Origin: an uncultured Chloroflexia bacterium
Lineage (GTDB): Bacteria > Chloroflexota > Limnocylindria > Limnocylindrales > CSP1-4
DNA: 64,000 nt
Assembly (NCBI GenBank): GCA_963833225.1
Contig: CAWHXD010000007.1
Location: forward strand, 384,001-448,000
Reading direction: 5' to 3'
Below, piece by piece: positions 42,856 through 52,327 of this stretch. How positions within the stretch are numbered: the first letter of the stretch is position 1; the number at the start of each line of letters is the position of its first letter. Position numbers and translations under genes: made by a program. The notes under the pieces were generated by a model, which did not search any database, had not been told where the DNA came from, and saw only the letters and a program-made list of their open reading frames with translations.

Positions 42856-43832
42856 GCGACGCTCGCCCGCGCCGCGCCGCCCGCCGCGTCTCCGGATCTG
42901 GATCCAGGCCGCGCGGCCCGGCGACGCTGCCCGCCGCGGTGGCCGGCGTGGTCGTCGGGTCTGGGCGCCGCGCCTGGCCGCGGGCGCCCCGTTCCGTCCC
43001 GACACCGCCGCTCGGCTGCGTGCTGGTCGCGCTGCTGCTCCAGGTGCTCGCCAACTTCGCCAACGACCTGTCCGACTTCCGCCGCGGTGCGGACACCCCG
43101 GACCGGGCCGGACCGGTCCGTGTTGCCGCGGCCGGGCTCGTGACCGAGCGACAGCTGGAGGCTGGCGATCGCCGCTGACGATCGGCGCTCGCCGGGCTCG
43201 TCGGCCTGTACCTGGTCCTGGTGGGCGGCGTGGTGCTGCTCGCGCTGGGCGTGCTGGCCGTCGTCGCGGCGCTCGCCTACACCGGCGGCCCGTTCCCGTA
43301 CGGCTACCGGGCGCTGGGCGAGGTGTTCGTGTTCATCTTCTTCGGGCTGGTGGCCGTGGCCGGCACCGCGTACCTCCAGGCGCTCCGGTTCGACGGCCTG
43401 TTCCTGTGGTCGCGCGTGCCCGGCGGCGCGCTGATCACCGCGATCCTGGTCGTCAACAACCTGCGCGACATCCCCACCGACACGGCCGCCGGCAAGCGGA
43501 CCCTCGCCGTGGTGATCGGGAAGCGGCGCACCCAGGCCGAGTACGGGGCCCTGCTCGGGCTCGCCTACTTCGTGCCCGCGATGCTGTTTCTCGCCTTCAT
43601 CGGCGGCTGGACGCCATCGGGTGGCGCCGCGCCGCTGACCCCGCTCGTGCTGCTGCCGATGCTGACGATGCCGATGACGTCCTCGCTGCTGGCGAAGGTG
43701 CGGGGGTTCGACGAGCCCCGGGAGCTCAACCTGGTGCTGGCCGGGACCGCGAAGCTGTCGCTGGTGTTCGGGCTGCTGTTCGGGCTGGGCCTGGCCTTGG
43801 CGGGCTGGGCTCCAGCGGGGATCGGGGCCTGA
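42852..43832 (+). pseudogene. menA: DHNA polyprenyltransferase MenA, 5' part frameshifted
   Basis: TLPAAV, NFANDLSDFRRGAD, YTGGPFPYGYRALGE, LVVNNLRDIPTD..GKRTLAV. Confidence 0.85.
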
Positions 43833-44915
43833 TGGGGACGGTTCGGTTCCACCGGGTGCGGGTGCCGTTCAGGGTCCCGTTTGTCACCGCGGTCGGGACG
43901 TGGATGACTCGCGAGTCGTGGCTGGTGCGGATCGCCGATGACGATGGGAACGCGGGCTGGGGCGAGGCCGTGCTCGAGGACGAGGCGGACATCCCGGTCC
44001 TTGAGGGGCTCCTCGGTGAGCTGGCAGCCGTGGGGCTGGTGCCGTCGCCGGCGCTCGTCTCGCGGGCTGGGGCTCCCGGTCGGGCATTCCGGGCGGCGCT
44101 GGACGGCGCTCGACTGGACGTCCTGGCGCAGCGCCCCGAGGCGAACGCCGCTGACGCCCCGTCCGTCGGCGTCAACGCTGGTCCTCGCCGCGACCAACGT
44201 CGAGGCGGCTGCGGCGGCCGCGGCGCGGGCGGTGGAGGCCGGCTTCCGCACCCTCAAGATCAAGGCCGCACCCGACGATACGACCGCGACGCTCGTGGCC
44301 CGGGTGGCTGCCGTGCGGGCCGTGGCCGGCGACGAGGTGGCGCTCCGGCTGGACGTGAACGGGACCTGGGCGCTCGAGGAGGCGGTCGAGCGCCTCCGCG
44401 CGCTGGCCGGCTTCGCGCTCGCGTACGTGGAGCAGCCGCTGCACCCCAAGGACCTCGCGGGTGCTGCCGCCCTGCGCGGACAGGCGGGGATGCGCGTCGC
44501 GGCCGACGAGGCGATCGACTCGGTCGATGGGGCCAGGGCCGTGCTGGCGGCGGGCGCCGCCGACGTCCTGGTGGTCAAGCCGGCCCGGGTCGGCGGACCG
44601 GTCCCGGTGACCGAGATCGCGTTGCTCGCGGCTGATCTCGGGGTCCCGGTGGTCGTGAGCTCGATGTTCGAGACGGGCGTGGGCCTGGCCGTGGCACTCG
44701 CCTGCGCGGCGACGCTCCCGGACGTCCCGGGGTGGCCCGCGATGGAGCGCGACCACGGGCTCGCGACGGCGGACCTTCTCGAAGACGATCTGATCGTCGC
44801 GCCGTTCGTCGTGACCGACGGCCGGATGCAGGCGCCCTTCGGGTCGGGCTGCGGCGGCCTGGGCGTGACCGTTGACGAATCGGCCCTCGATCGCTACGGC
44901 GTGGACGACGCGTGA
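43832..44915 (+). pseudogene. menC: o-succinylbenzoate synthase MenC (one frameshift near 44175)
   Basis: N-terminal PFVTA..GWGEA, then KIK, RLDVNG, VEQP, ADE, VVKP, HGL enolase-family motifs. Confidence 0.85.
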
Positions 44916-47125
44916 CGGCGGCCTGGTTCGCCGACAAGCGCCTCGCGGTGCTGGCGCGCGATACGGGTGCGGCGCCCGCGGTGGTCGATGCGGACGGCGT
45001 CCTGGCGTGGCGCGACCTCGACGACCGGGTGTCCGTGGTTGCGCGCTTGGTGACGAACGAGGGCGTTGGGCCGGGAGGGCGGGTCGCCCTGCTGGGCGGG
45101 GCGTCGGCGGGCGCCGTGGCGGCGATCCTGGGTGTCCTGCGCGCGGGCGCCGTCGCGGCACCGGTGGCGTCGGGCCTGACCGGGCGCGAGCTGACCGCTG
45201 CCACGCGGGCGCTCGATCCGGCGCTGGTCCTGCGGGTGGTCGATCTCTCGGGCCGGGACGCGCCTGGAGAGGCGCTGCCCCCGGTCGTCGTCGGTCGCGA
45301 TCCCGAGGATCCTGCCCTGGTGGTCGGGACGTCGGGGACGACGGGCCGGCCGCGTGGCGTGGTGCTCTCGCACCGGGCGATGGCCGCGAGCGCCGAGGCC
45401 TGGATGGCCATCCTGCCCCCGGCCACGGGCTGGATCCTGCCCCTCGGGCTGGCGCACGTCGCCGGGCTCGGGATCCTGTGGCGGGCGCTCCGGGACGGCG
45501 TTCCGATCACGCTGGTGCCGCGCGGCGACCCGGCCGCCCTGCTCCGTGCCCTCGGGGCCGTGCCGGCTCCCAGTCACGTGTCGCTCGTGCCCACCCAGCT
45601 CGCCCGCCTCCTCGACATCGCCGGTGGACCACCTCCGGCCACCCTCCGGGCGGTGCTCCTCGGTGGCGGCCCGATCCCGCCCGCCCTCGTGACCCGCGCG
45701 CTGCGCGCGGGCTGGCCGGTCGTGCCCACGTACGGGCTCTCGGAGACCGCGTCCGGGGCCAGCGCGCTCGACCCGGAGGAGGCATGGGACCATCCCAATT
45801 CCGCCGGCCGGCCGCTTCCCGGCGTCCACCTCGCCATCGCGGACGAGGGTCGTGACGGCGTCGGCGAGATCGTGGTGCAGTCCACCGCGCGATGCTCCGG
45901 ATACCTGGACGACGGGGCTGGGGCCGCGGCGCCCGACGACCCGCTTCGCACGGGCGACCTGGGCCGGCTCGATGGCGAGGGGCGCCTGTTCGTCATGGAC
46001 CGCCGTCTCGACCGGATCGTCCGTGGCGGGGAGAACATCGCTCCCGCGGAGGTCGAGGCGGTGATCCTGGAGCACCCGGCCGTCGCCGACGCGGCCGTCG
46101 TGGCGCGCCCGGACGAGACGCTCGGGCAGGTCCCGGTCGCGGCGATCGTGCTCCGCTCCGGCGCCCGGGATCCTGGTGACGACGCCCTTGCCGCCCACGC
46201 CCGAGCGTCGCTGGCCGGGTTCAAGGTGCCGGCCGCGTGGGCCCGCCTTGACGAGCTGCCCAGGACCCCCGGCGGCAAGCTTCGCCGGGAAGCGGTCCGC
46301 GCGCTGCTCGCCGGCGAGCCGGTCGGGGTGCTGGCGCGACCGGGGGGCGATGCCATCGGCTGGCGGGTCACGGGAACCGGACGGCGGCACCTGGTCCTGC
46401 TGCACGGGACGCTCAGCAGCGCGCGGCAGCTGGACCGGCTGGCCCAGGCCCTGGCGGCGCCGGGAGACCTGACGGTCCATGCCCTCGACCGGCGCGGCAG
46501 CGGCTCGAGCCGCCTGGTGGTCCCGAACCCGCTCGACGTCGCCACGCACCTCGGCGACATCCGCGCCTACCTCGACGCCCGCGCGATCGACCGTGTCGAT
46601 ATCGCCGGCATGAGCTTCGGGGGAGCGCTTGCCCTCGAGCTTGCCGCCCGGTTCCCGGACCGCGTGCGCGCCGTCGTCGCGTACGAGCCACCGTATGGTC
46701 CCGTGGCGGACCCGGACACCCTCGCGTGGTTCGGGCGCCTCGCCGCCGACACCACCCGGGCCCACGCCGAGCGCGGCCCGGCCGGTGCGGCCGAGTCGTT
46801 CCTGCGCGCGGTCGCGGGCGACGCCGCGTGGGATCGCCTCTCCCCGCGGGGTCGCGCGTTTCTCGAGGGTGAGGGTGACGGCGCCCTGGTCGACTCGAAC
46901 CTGGCCGGCCTGGACCCTGGCGGCCTCGGCCGGATCACCTGCCCCGTCGTGATCCTGACCGGCAGCGCGTCCGAGCCGTTCTACGCGCCCATCGCCGACG
47001 CCCTGGCGGCGCGCATCCGTGGCGCCCGCCGGGATACCCTCGAGGGCCTCACGCACCCGTCGCCCATCACGCAGCCGGACATCGTGGCCGCCACCATCCG
47101 GGCCTGCCTGGAGCTTCCCGCATGA
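44912..47125 (+). CDS. menE: o-succinylbenzoate-CoA ligase MenE fused to a C-terminal alpha/beta hydrolase
   Basis: TSGTTGRPRG, TYGLSET, RTGDLG, GGENI, GKL, then LLHGT, DRRGSG, GMSFGG and a C-terminal His in one frame. Confidence 0.85.
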   Translation: MTAAWFADKRLAVLARDTGAAPAVVDADGVLAWRDLDDRVSVVARLVTNEGVGPGGRVALLGGASAGAVAAILGVLRAGAVAAPVASGLTGRELTAATRALDPALVLRVVDLSGRDAPGEALPPVVVGRDPEDPALVVGTSGTTGRPRGVVLSHRAMAASAEAWMAILPPATGWILPLGLAHVAGLGILWRALRDGVPITLVPRGDPAALLRALGAVPAPSHVSLVPTQLARLLDIAGGPPPATLRAVLLGGGPIPPALVTRALRAGWPVVPTYGLSETASGASALDPEEAWDHPNSAGRPLPGVHLAIADEGRDGVGEIVVQSTARCSGYLDDGAGAAAPDDPLRTGDLGRLDGEGRLFVMDRRLDRIVRGGENIAPAEVEAVILEHPAVADAAVVARPDETLGQVPVAAIVLRSGARDPGDDALAAHARASLAGFKVPAAWARLDELPRTPGGKLRREAVRALLAGEPVGVLARPGGDAIGWRVTGTGRRHLVLLHGTLSSARQLDRLAQALAAPGDLTVHALDRRGSGSSRLVVPNPLDVATHLGDIRAYLDARAIDRVDIAGMSFGGALALELAARFPDRVRAVVAYEPPYGPVADPDTLAWFGRLAADTTRAHAERGPAGAAESFLRAVAGDAAWDRLSPRGRAFLEGEGDGALVDSNLAGLDPGGLGRITCPVVILTGSASEPFYAPIADALAARIRGARRDTLEGLTHPSPITQPDIVAATIRACLELPA

Positions 47126-47901
47126 CCCCGTCCCTGCCGCCGGACCACACGCCGTCGGGCGCCTCCACCGGCGCCGGCAACGCCGCCGCCCCGCCCGAGG
47201 TCCAGGTCATGTTCGACCGGATCGCGCCCAAGTACGACCTGATGAACCTCCTCATCTCCGCGTTCCAGGAGCCGCGGTGGCGGAAGCGGCTGGTGGCGCG
47301 CTCGGAGCTCCAGCCGGGCGGCGCGGCGCTCGACGTCGCCTCCGGGACGGGCAAGGTCGCGGCGGATCTGCACAGGCGCGTCCTGCCGTTCGGGCGAGTG
47401 CTGGGCGTGGACCTGTCGCCGGGGATGACGGCCGTGGCGCAGGAGCGGTACGCAGGCCGTCCGGGTCTCAGCTATGTCGTGGGCGATGCGCTCGCCCTGC
47501 CCACCGAGGACGCCACCTTCGACGCGGCGACCATCGCCTTCGGCATGCGCAACCTCCCCGACTACCGGCGCGGGTTCGCGGAGATGGCGCGATCCGTGCG
47601 GCCCGGGGGGAAGGTGCTGTGCCTGGAGATCGCGCGGCCGCGGTCCCGGCTGGCCCGGTTCATGCGGTGGTGGTTTGACCGGGTGGTCCCGATCCTTGGC
47701 CGGGCTGCCGGGCAGGGCGGCGCCTACGGGTACCTGGTTCGCAGCGTCCAGGCCTATCCCTCGCCCGAGCGGATCGCGGAGATCATGGGCGAGGCCGGGC
47801 TGGTGGACGTGACGTGGCAGGCGCTGACCGGAGGGATCGTCACCCTCCACGAGGGAATGGTTCCCGTCCGGGAGCCGGCAAGCGAGGAGATGACTCGATG
47901 A
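47122..47901 (+). CDS. menG: Demethylmenaquinone methyltransferase (UbiE/MenG)
   Basis: MFDRIAPKYDLMN, LDVASGTG, TIAFGMRN, YGYLVRS. Confidence 0.92.
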   Translation: MTPSLPPDHTPSGASTGAGNAAAPPEVQVMFDRIAPKYDLMNLLISAFQEPRWRKRLVARSELQPGGAALDVASGTGKVAADLHRRVLPFGRVLGVDLSPGMTAVAQERYAGRPGLSYVVGDALALPTEDATFDAATIAFGMRNLPDYRRGFAEMARSVRPGGKVLCLEIARPRSRLARFMRWWFDRVVPILGRAAGQGGAYGYLVRSVQAYPSPERIAEIMGEAGLVDVTWQALTGGIVTLHEGMVPVREPASEEMTR

Positions 47902-48233
47902 TCGTGTGCGTGCCCGTGACGGCCGACGGCGCTGTTGACCCCCGATGGGGACGGGCGGCACGCGTCGCCGTGGCCCGGCTTGCCGGCGGGCAGGTCGTGA
48001 GCTGGGAGGAGCACGCCGTCGCGTGGGATGCGCTCCACGACGTTGGTACCGAGGGCGGCCACCACGCCCGGGTCGCGCGGTTCCTCCAGGACCACGGCGT
48101 GCAGGTGGTGGTGGCCGGCCACATGGGTCCGCCGATGGTCCAGATGCTGGGCAAGCTGCGGATCGTGGCCAGGCTGGGCGCCGACGGGGACGCGCGGCAG
48201 GCCGTGGAGGCGATGGCTCCGCTCGAGCACTAG
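47898..48233 (+). CDS. NifB/NifX-family (FeMo-cofactor biosynthesis domain) small protein
   Basis: VCVPV..DGAVDPRWGRA and VVVAGHMGP pattern; start overlaps the menG stop. Confidence 0.7.
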   Translation: MIVCVPVTADGAVDPRWGRAARVAVARLAGGQVVSWEEHAVAWDALHDVGTEGGHHARVARFLQDHGVQVVVAGHMGPPMVQMLGKLRIVARLGADGDARQAVEAMAPLEH

Positions 48234-48323
48234 CGGCTCGCTGGGGGTATCGCGCGGTCACGCCGCCGCGGAGGAGCCCCGGCGCGGGGTCGCCGCGTCG
48301 CCACCGCGGCGTATCCTGCCCCG

Positions 48324-49586
48324 ATGCCCAACCCGATGACCGCCGCCGCGGAGGCGATTGCTCCAGCGCGCCTCGGCCCCGGCTTCCGCCGGCTGCTCGC
48401 GGCCTCGCTGGTCACCAACACCGGCGACGGCATCGCGCTTGCCGCCGGGCCGCTGCTCGTCGCGTCGCAGAGCCGCGACCCGCTGGTGGTCTCGATGGCG
48501 TTGCTCGCCCAGCACGTGCCGGTGCTGCTGTTCGGGTTTGCCGCGGGCCTGGTCGCCGACCGGTTCGACCGTCGGTGGGTCATCGTGGGTGTCAACCTGG
48601 TCCGGGCGGCTGTCCTCGCGCTGCTCGCGATCACGATCACGACCGGGGTCGTCAACATCGCCGTGGTGCTGGGGGCGTTGTTCGTGCTCGGCACCGCCGA
48701 GACGTTTGCGGACGTTGGCAGCGCGAGCATCCTGCCGCGGCTCGTTCGCCGCCAGGACCTCGGCATCGCCAACGCGCGCCTGACCGGGTCGGTGCTCGTG
48801 ACCAACGAGCTCCTGGCGCCGCCGATCGGGGCATTCGTGTTCGCGATCGGGATGGCGCTCCCGTTCGCGGCCGACGCGGCCTGCTTCCTTCTCGGCGCCG
48901 TGATCGTGAGCCGCCTGCAGTACTCGCAGGGGGAGGGGATCGGGCGCCCCATCTCCCGGGGCTGGCGCTCGGACATGGCCGAGGGCATCCGCTGGCTCAT
49001 GACGCACCCGCCCATGCGCACCCTGCTCATCACGATCGTCGCGTTCAATGTCACCTACGGCGCCGCCTGGGGCGTGCTGGTCCTGTACGCAACCGAGCGG
49101 CTGGCCATGGACGCGGTCGGCTTCGGCCTGATCACGACAGCGATGGCCATCGGCGGGATCATCGGCACGGTCATGTACGGGCGCCTGGAGCGCCGGTTCG
49201 CGCTCGCGGACATCATGCGCGTGGGGCTGCTGATCGAGACCCTCACCCACCTGACGCTGGCCCTGACGACCCTGCCGGCGGTTGCGCTCGTCACGTTCGT
49301 GGTGTTTGGCGCCCACGCGTTCGTGTGGGGCACGACGGCGACGGCGGTCCGCCAGCGCGCGGTGCCCGATGCGCTGCTGGGGCGGGTGACGGGGGTCTAC
49401 CACGTTGGGGTGATGCTCGGGATCGTGGTCGGGACGCCGATCGGCGGGCTGCTCGCGCGCGGGTACGGGATCACCGCTCCCTTCTGGTTCGGGTTCGCGG
49501 GATCGGCGATCCTGGTGACCCTGCTGTGGCGCCAGTTCACCCACATCGTCCATGCCGGTGATGCGGAAGTCGATGGCACGGTTTGA
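48324..49586 (+). CDS. MFS transporter
   Basis: About 12 TM helices; AGLVADRFDRR motif A; VPDALLGRV. Confidence 0.9.
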   Translation: MPNPMTAAAEAIAPARLGPGFRRLLAASLVTNTGDGIALAAGPLLVASQSRDPLVVSMALLAQHVPVLLFGFAAGLVADRFDRRWVIVGVNLVRAAVLALLAITITTGVVNIAVVLGALFVLGTAETFADVGSASILPRLVRRQDLGIANARLTGSVLVTNELLAPPIGAFVFAIGMALPFAADAACFLLGAVIVSRLQYSQGEGIGRPISRGWRSDMAEGIRWLMTHPPMRTLLITIVAFNVTYGAAWGVLVLYATERLAMDAVGFGLITTAMAIGGIIGTVMYGRLERRFALADIMRVGLLIETLTHLTLALTTLPAVALVTFVVFGAHAFVWGTTATAVRQRAVPDALLGRVTGVYHVGVMLGIVVGTPIGGLLARGYGITAPFWFGFAGSAILVTLLWRQFTHIVHAGDAEVDGTV

Positions 49587-49592
49587 CACCGA

Positions 49593-49621
49593 TTGACAAG
49601 ATCTGACGCCACCACTAGCCT
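49593..49621 (+). promoter_or_regulatory. sigma70 promoter of the HTH-PIN operon, probably leaderless
   Basis: TTGACA-N17-TAGCCT with ATG 7 nt downstream. Confidence 0.7.
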
Positions 49622-49628
49622 GATGCAC

Positions 49629-50075
49629 ATGGGCGACACGCGATACCTGTCGGCGAAGGAGACGGCGGAGCGGCTGGGGATCAGCCTGCGCACGGTGAGG
49701 CGGCGGATCGCGGACGGGTCGCTGCCCAGCGTGAAGATCGGTGGCGCCGTACGGATCCCGGCGTCCGCACTGGAGGCGCCGGTACCCACCGCGGGTCCGG
49801 GCGCCACTCGTGAGGCCGTCGCGCCATACGCCACCGAGCGCGAGTCACGCGAGGCCTACATCCGGCGCTGGAACCGGGACCACTGGCCGGACACCTATGA
49901 GCGAATGCTCGAGCGGCGCCGAGAAGGGTTCGAGCAGCTCGCGGAGGCGAGGAAGCGCACCAGGCCGCCCAGCGGGCCGCACGACACCGTTGACGCCATC
50001 CTCAACCAGGTCCGCGACGAATTCGGTGCCCGCCTGCTCCAGTTCATCCCCGAGCGCAAGGAGTCCGCAGAGTGA
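49629..50075 (+). CDS. Excisionase-like HTH_17 protein, probable antitoxin
   Basis: YLSAKETAERLGISLRTVRRRIADGSLPSVKIGGAVRIP; stop overlaps the start of a PIN gene. Confidence 0.8.
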   Translation: MGDTRYLSAKETAERLGISLRTVRRRIADGSLPSVKIGGAVRIPASALEAPVPTAGPGATREAVAPYATERESREAYIRRWNRDHWPDTYERMLERRREGFEQLAEARKRTRPPSGPHDTVDAILNQVRDEFGARLLQFIPERKESAE

Positions 50076-50523
50076 GCACCGCCGTCATCGATGCGAGCGT
50101 CGTCCTGCGCTGGGCATTCGGCGATGAGGCGGACCGCGAGGGAGCCGAACGGGTTGCGTCGGCGATCGCGTCGGGCCAGCTCGACGTCGAGGGTCCACCG
50201 AACTTCCTGCTCGAGGTTTGCGCGGCGCTGGTGATCGGGCTGCGGACCGGAAGGATCGACCGCGGCACGGCCGCCATGTGCTCGCCGGCCTTGCCAAGGT
50301 GGCGATCTCGGAGGGTGACCCCCATGGGTTCGCCCTCGTCGCGTTCGAGCTCGCGCTGGGCCACGGCATCCGCGTGCCGGATGCCGCGTACGTCGAGGTC
50401 GCCCGGCGCACTCGTGCCATGCTGATCAGCGCCGACCGGGCTCAGCTCGAGGCGGCGGCTGCCCTCGGCATCGTGACGATGCCGATCGCGGACGTCCGGT
50501 CGGGCTTTCCTGACAGCCCCTGA
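50072..50523 (+). pseudogene. VapC-like PIN toxin, one frameshift near 50272
   Basis: VIDASVVLRW and LEV in one frame; DAAYVEVA and LISADR in the next. Confidence 0.75.
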
Positions 50524-50552
50524 CGCCGGCGGCGCGGTACCATGCGTCGCCC

Positions 50553-51497
50553 ATGCCCGACCCGACCGCGGTGTCTGCGCCGCTCATCCATGCCCGGAAC
50601 CTGACCAAGCGGTTCGCCTCGCTGACCGCCGTGGACGGCATCGACTTCGACGTTGCCCGGGGCGAGAGCTTCGGGTTCCTGGGCCCGAATGGCGCCGGCA
50701 AGACCAGCGCGATGCGGATGATCGGCTGCGTGTCCCCCGTGAGCGACGGGACCCTGCGGGTCCTGGGCCTGGACCCGGCCACGCACGGGCCCGAGATCCG
50801 CAGCCGGCTCGGCGTCGTGCCCCAGCAGGACACCCTGGACACGGAGCTGTCGGTCCGCGACAACCTCGTGATCTACGGGCGCTACTTTGGGCTTTCCCGG
50901 GCGGAGTCGCGGGCTCGAGCGGACGACCTCCTCGACTTCGCGCAGCTGACCGAGCGAGCGAACGACAAGGTCGAGCCCCTCTCGGGCGGCATGAAGCGCC
51001 GGCTGACCATCGCTCGCGCCCTGATCAACGAGCCGTCCATCCTCCTGCTCGACGAACCCACCACCGGCCTGGACCCGCAGGCCAGGCACCTGCTGTGGGA
51101 GCGCCTCTACCGGCTCAAGCAACGCGGCGTGACGCTCGTCCTCACGACCCACTACATGGACGAGGCCGAGCAGCTGTGCGACCGGCTGGTGGTCATGGAC
51201 AAGGGCGGGATCGCCGCCGAGGGATCGCCGCGCGACCTGATCGAGCGCTACGCCACCCGGGAGGTGACGGAGCTCCGGTTCCCGGTGGGCGTCCAGGAGA
51301 CGCTGGGTGCACAGCTCGACGGCCTGGGCGAGCGCATCGAGCAGCTGCCGGACCGCGTGCTCGTGTACTCGGACGATGGCGATGCGACCGCGGCCGCCGT
51401 CCAGGCGCGCGGCCTCACCCCCCAGACCGTCCTCGTCCGCCGGAGCTCGCTTGAGGACGTGTTCCTGAGGCTCACCGGCCGGACCCTCGTCGACTGA
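50553..51497 (+). CDS. ABC-2 exporter ATP-binding protein (NodI-like)
   Basis: GPNGAGKT, LSGGMKRRL, LDEPTTGLDP, TTHYMDEA. Confidence 0.93.
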   Translation: MPDPTAVSAPLIHARNLTKRFASLTAVDGIDFDVARGESFGFLGPNGAGKTSAMRMIGCVSPVSDGTLRVLGLDPATHGPEIRSRLGVVPQQDTLDTELSVRDNLVIYGRYFGLSRAESRARADDLLDFAQLTERANDKVEPLSGGMKRRLTIARALINEPSILLLDEPTTGLDPQARHLLWERLYRLKQRGVTLVLTTHYMDEAEQLCDRLVVMDKGGIAAEGSPRDLIERYATREVTELRFPVGVQETLGAQLDGLGERIEQLPDRVLVYSDDGDATAAAVQARGLTPQTVLVRRSSLEDVFLRLTGRTLVD

Positions 51498-52327
51498 TGG
51501 CCGTCGCGGAGGCTCCGATCGGGCGCGGGGAGGTGCCCGCCACCACGATCCGCCAGGCGCTGGTCGCCGCGTACGAGCACCAGCTGCTCCTGTACCTGCG
51601 GACCTGGCGCGGGTCCATCTTCGGCAGCTTCGCCCAGCCGGTCCTGTTCCTGGTGGCCATGGGGATGGGTCTCGGATCGTTCGTGGATCGCGGAGGTGCC
51701 GGCGCGCTCGGTGGGGTGCCGTATCTCCAGTTCCTGGCGCCGGCCCTGCTCGTGTCCACGGTCATGCAGGGCTCCGTGTTCGCGGCCACCTTCCCGGTGA
51801 TGGACGGGTTCCACTGGTCGCGCCGCTACCACGCCATGTACGCCACGCCGCTCTCCCCGTACGCGATCGCGTTCGGGCAGATGGCCTGGATCGCGACGCG
51901 GGCGACGCTGGTGGCGGCGATCTTCATCCTCATGGTCGTGCTGCTGGGGGCCGCCGCCACGCCCGGCGTGATCCTCGCCGTGCCCGTCGGGACGCTGACC
52001 GGCCTCGCCTTTGCGGGACCGATCGCGGCCTTCATGTCGACCCAGCGCGACACCACGGCCTTCAACTCGATCTGGCGCTTCGGGATCACGCCGCTGTTCC
52101 TGTTCTCGGGCACCTTCTTCCCGATCTCGCAGCTGCCGGATCTCCTCCAGCCGGTGGCCTGGGCGCTGCCCCTGTGGCACGGGGTGGATCTTGCCCGCGC
52201 GCTGTCCCTGGGCACGGTGATGGACAACCCGCTGCTCCACCTCGCCCACCTCGGGATCCTGCTCACGGGTGCCATCGGCGGCACCGCGGCGACGTTCGTG
52301 ATGTTCCGGCGGCGGCTGGAGCGATGA
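51497..52327 (+). CDS. ABC-2 permease (NodJ-like)
   Basis: PYLQFLAPAL, ATPL, PLFLFSGTFFPI. Confidence 0.9.
   Translation: MAVAEAPIGRGEVPATTIRQALVAAYEHQLLLYLRTWRGSIFGSFAQPVLFLVAMGMGLGSFVDRGGAGALGGVPYLQFLAPALLVSTVMQGSVFAATFPVMDGFHWSRRYHAMYATPLSPYAIAFGQMAWIATRATLVAAIFILMVVLLGAAATPGVILAVPVGTLTGLAFAGPIAAFMSTQRDTTAFNSIWRFGITPLFLFSGTFFPISQLPDLLQPVAWALPLWHGVDLARALSLGTVMDNPLLHLAHLGILLTGAIGGTAATFVMFRRRLER

Noticed and set aside
39409-44915. Programmed frameshifting in the men genes
   Set aside because: Too many indels in both directions and no slippery heptamers seen; sequencing error fits better
49629-50075. Prophage or ICE suggested by the excisionase-like gene
   Set aside because: No integrase, att site or phage genes; it is paired with a PIN toxin
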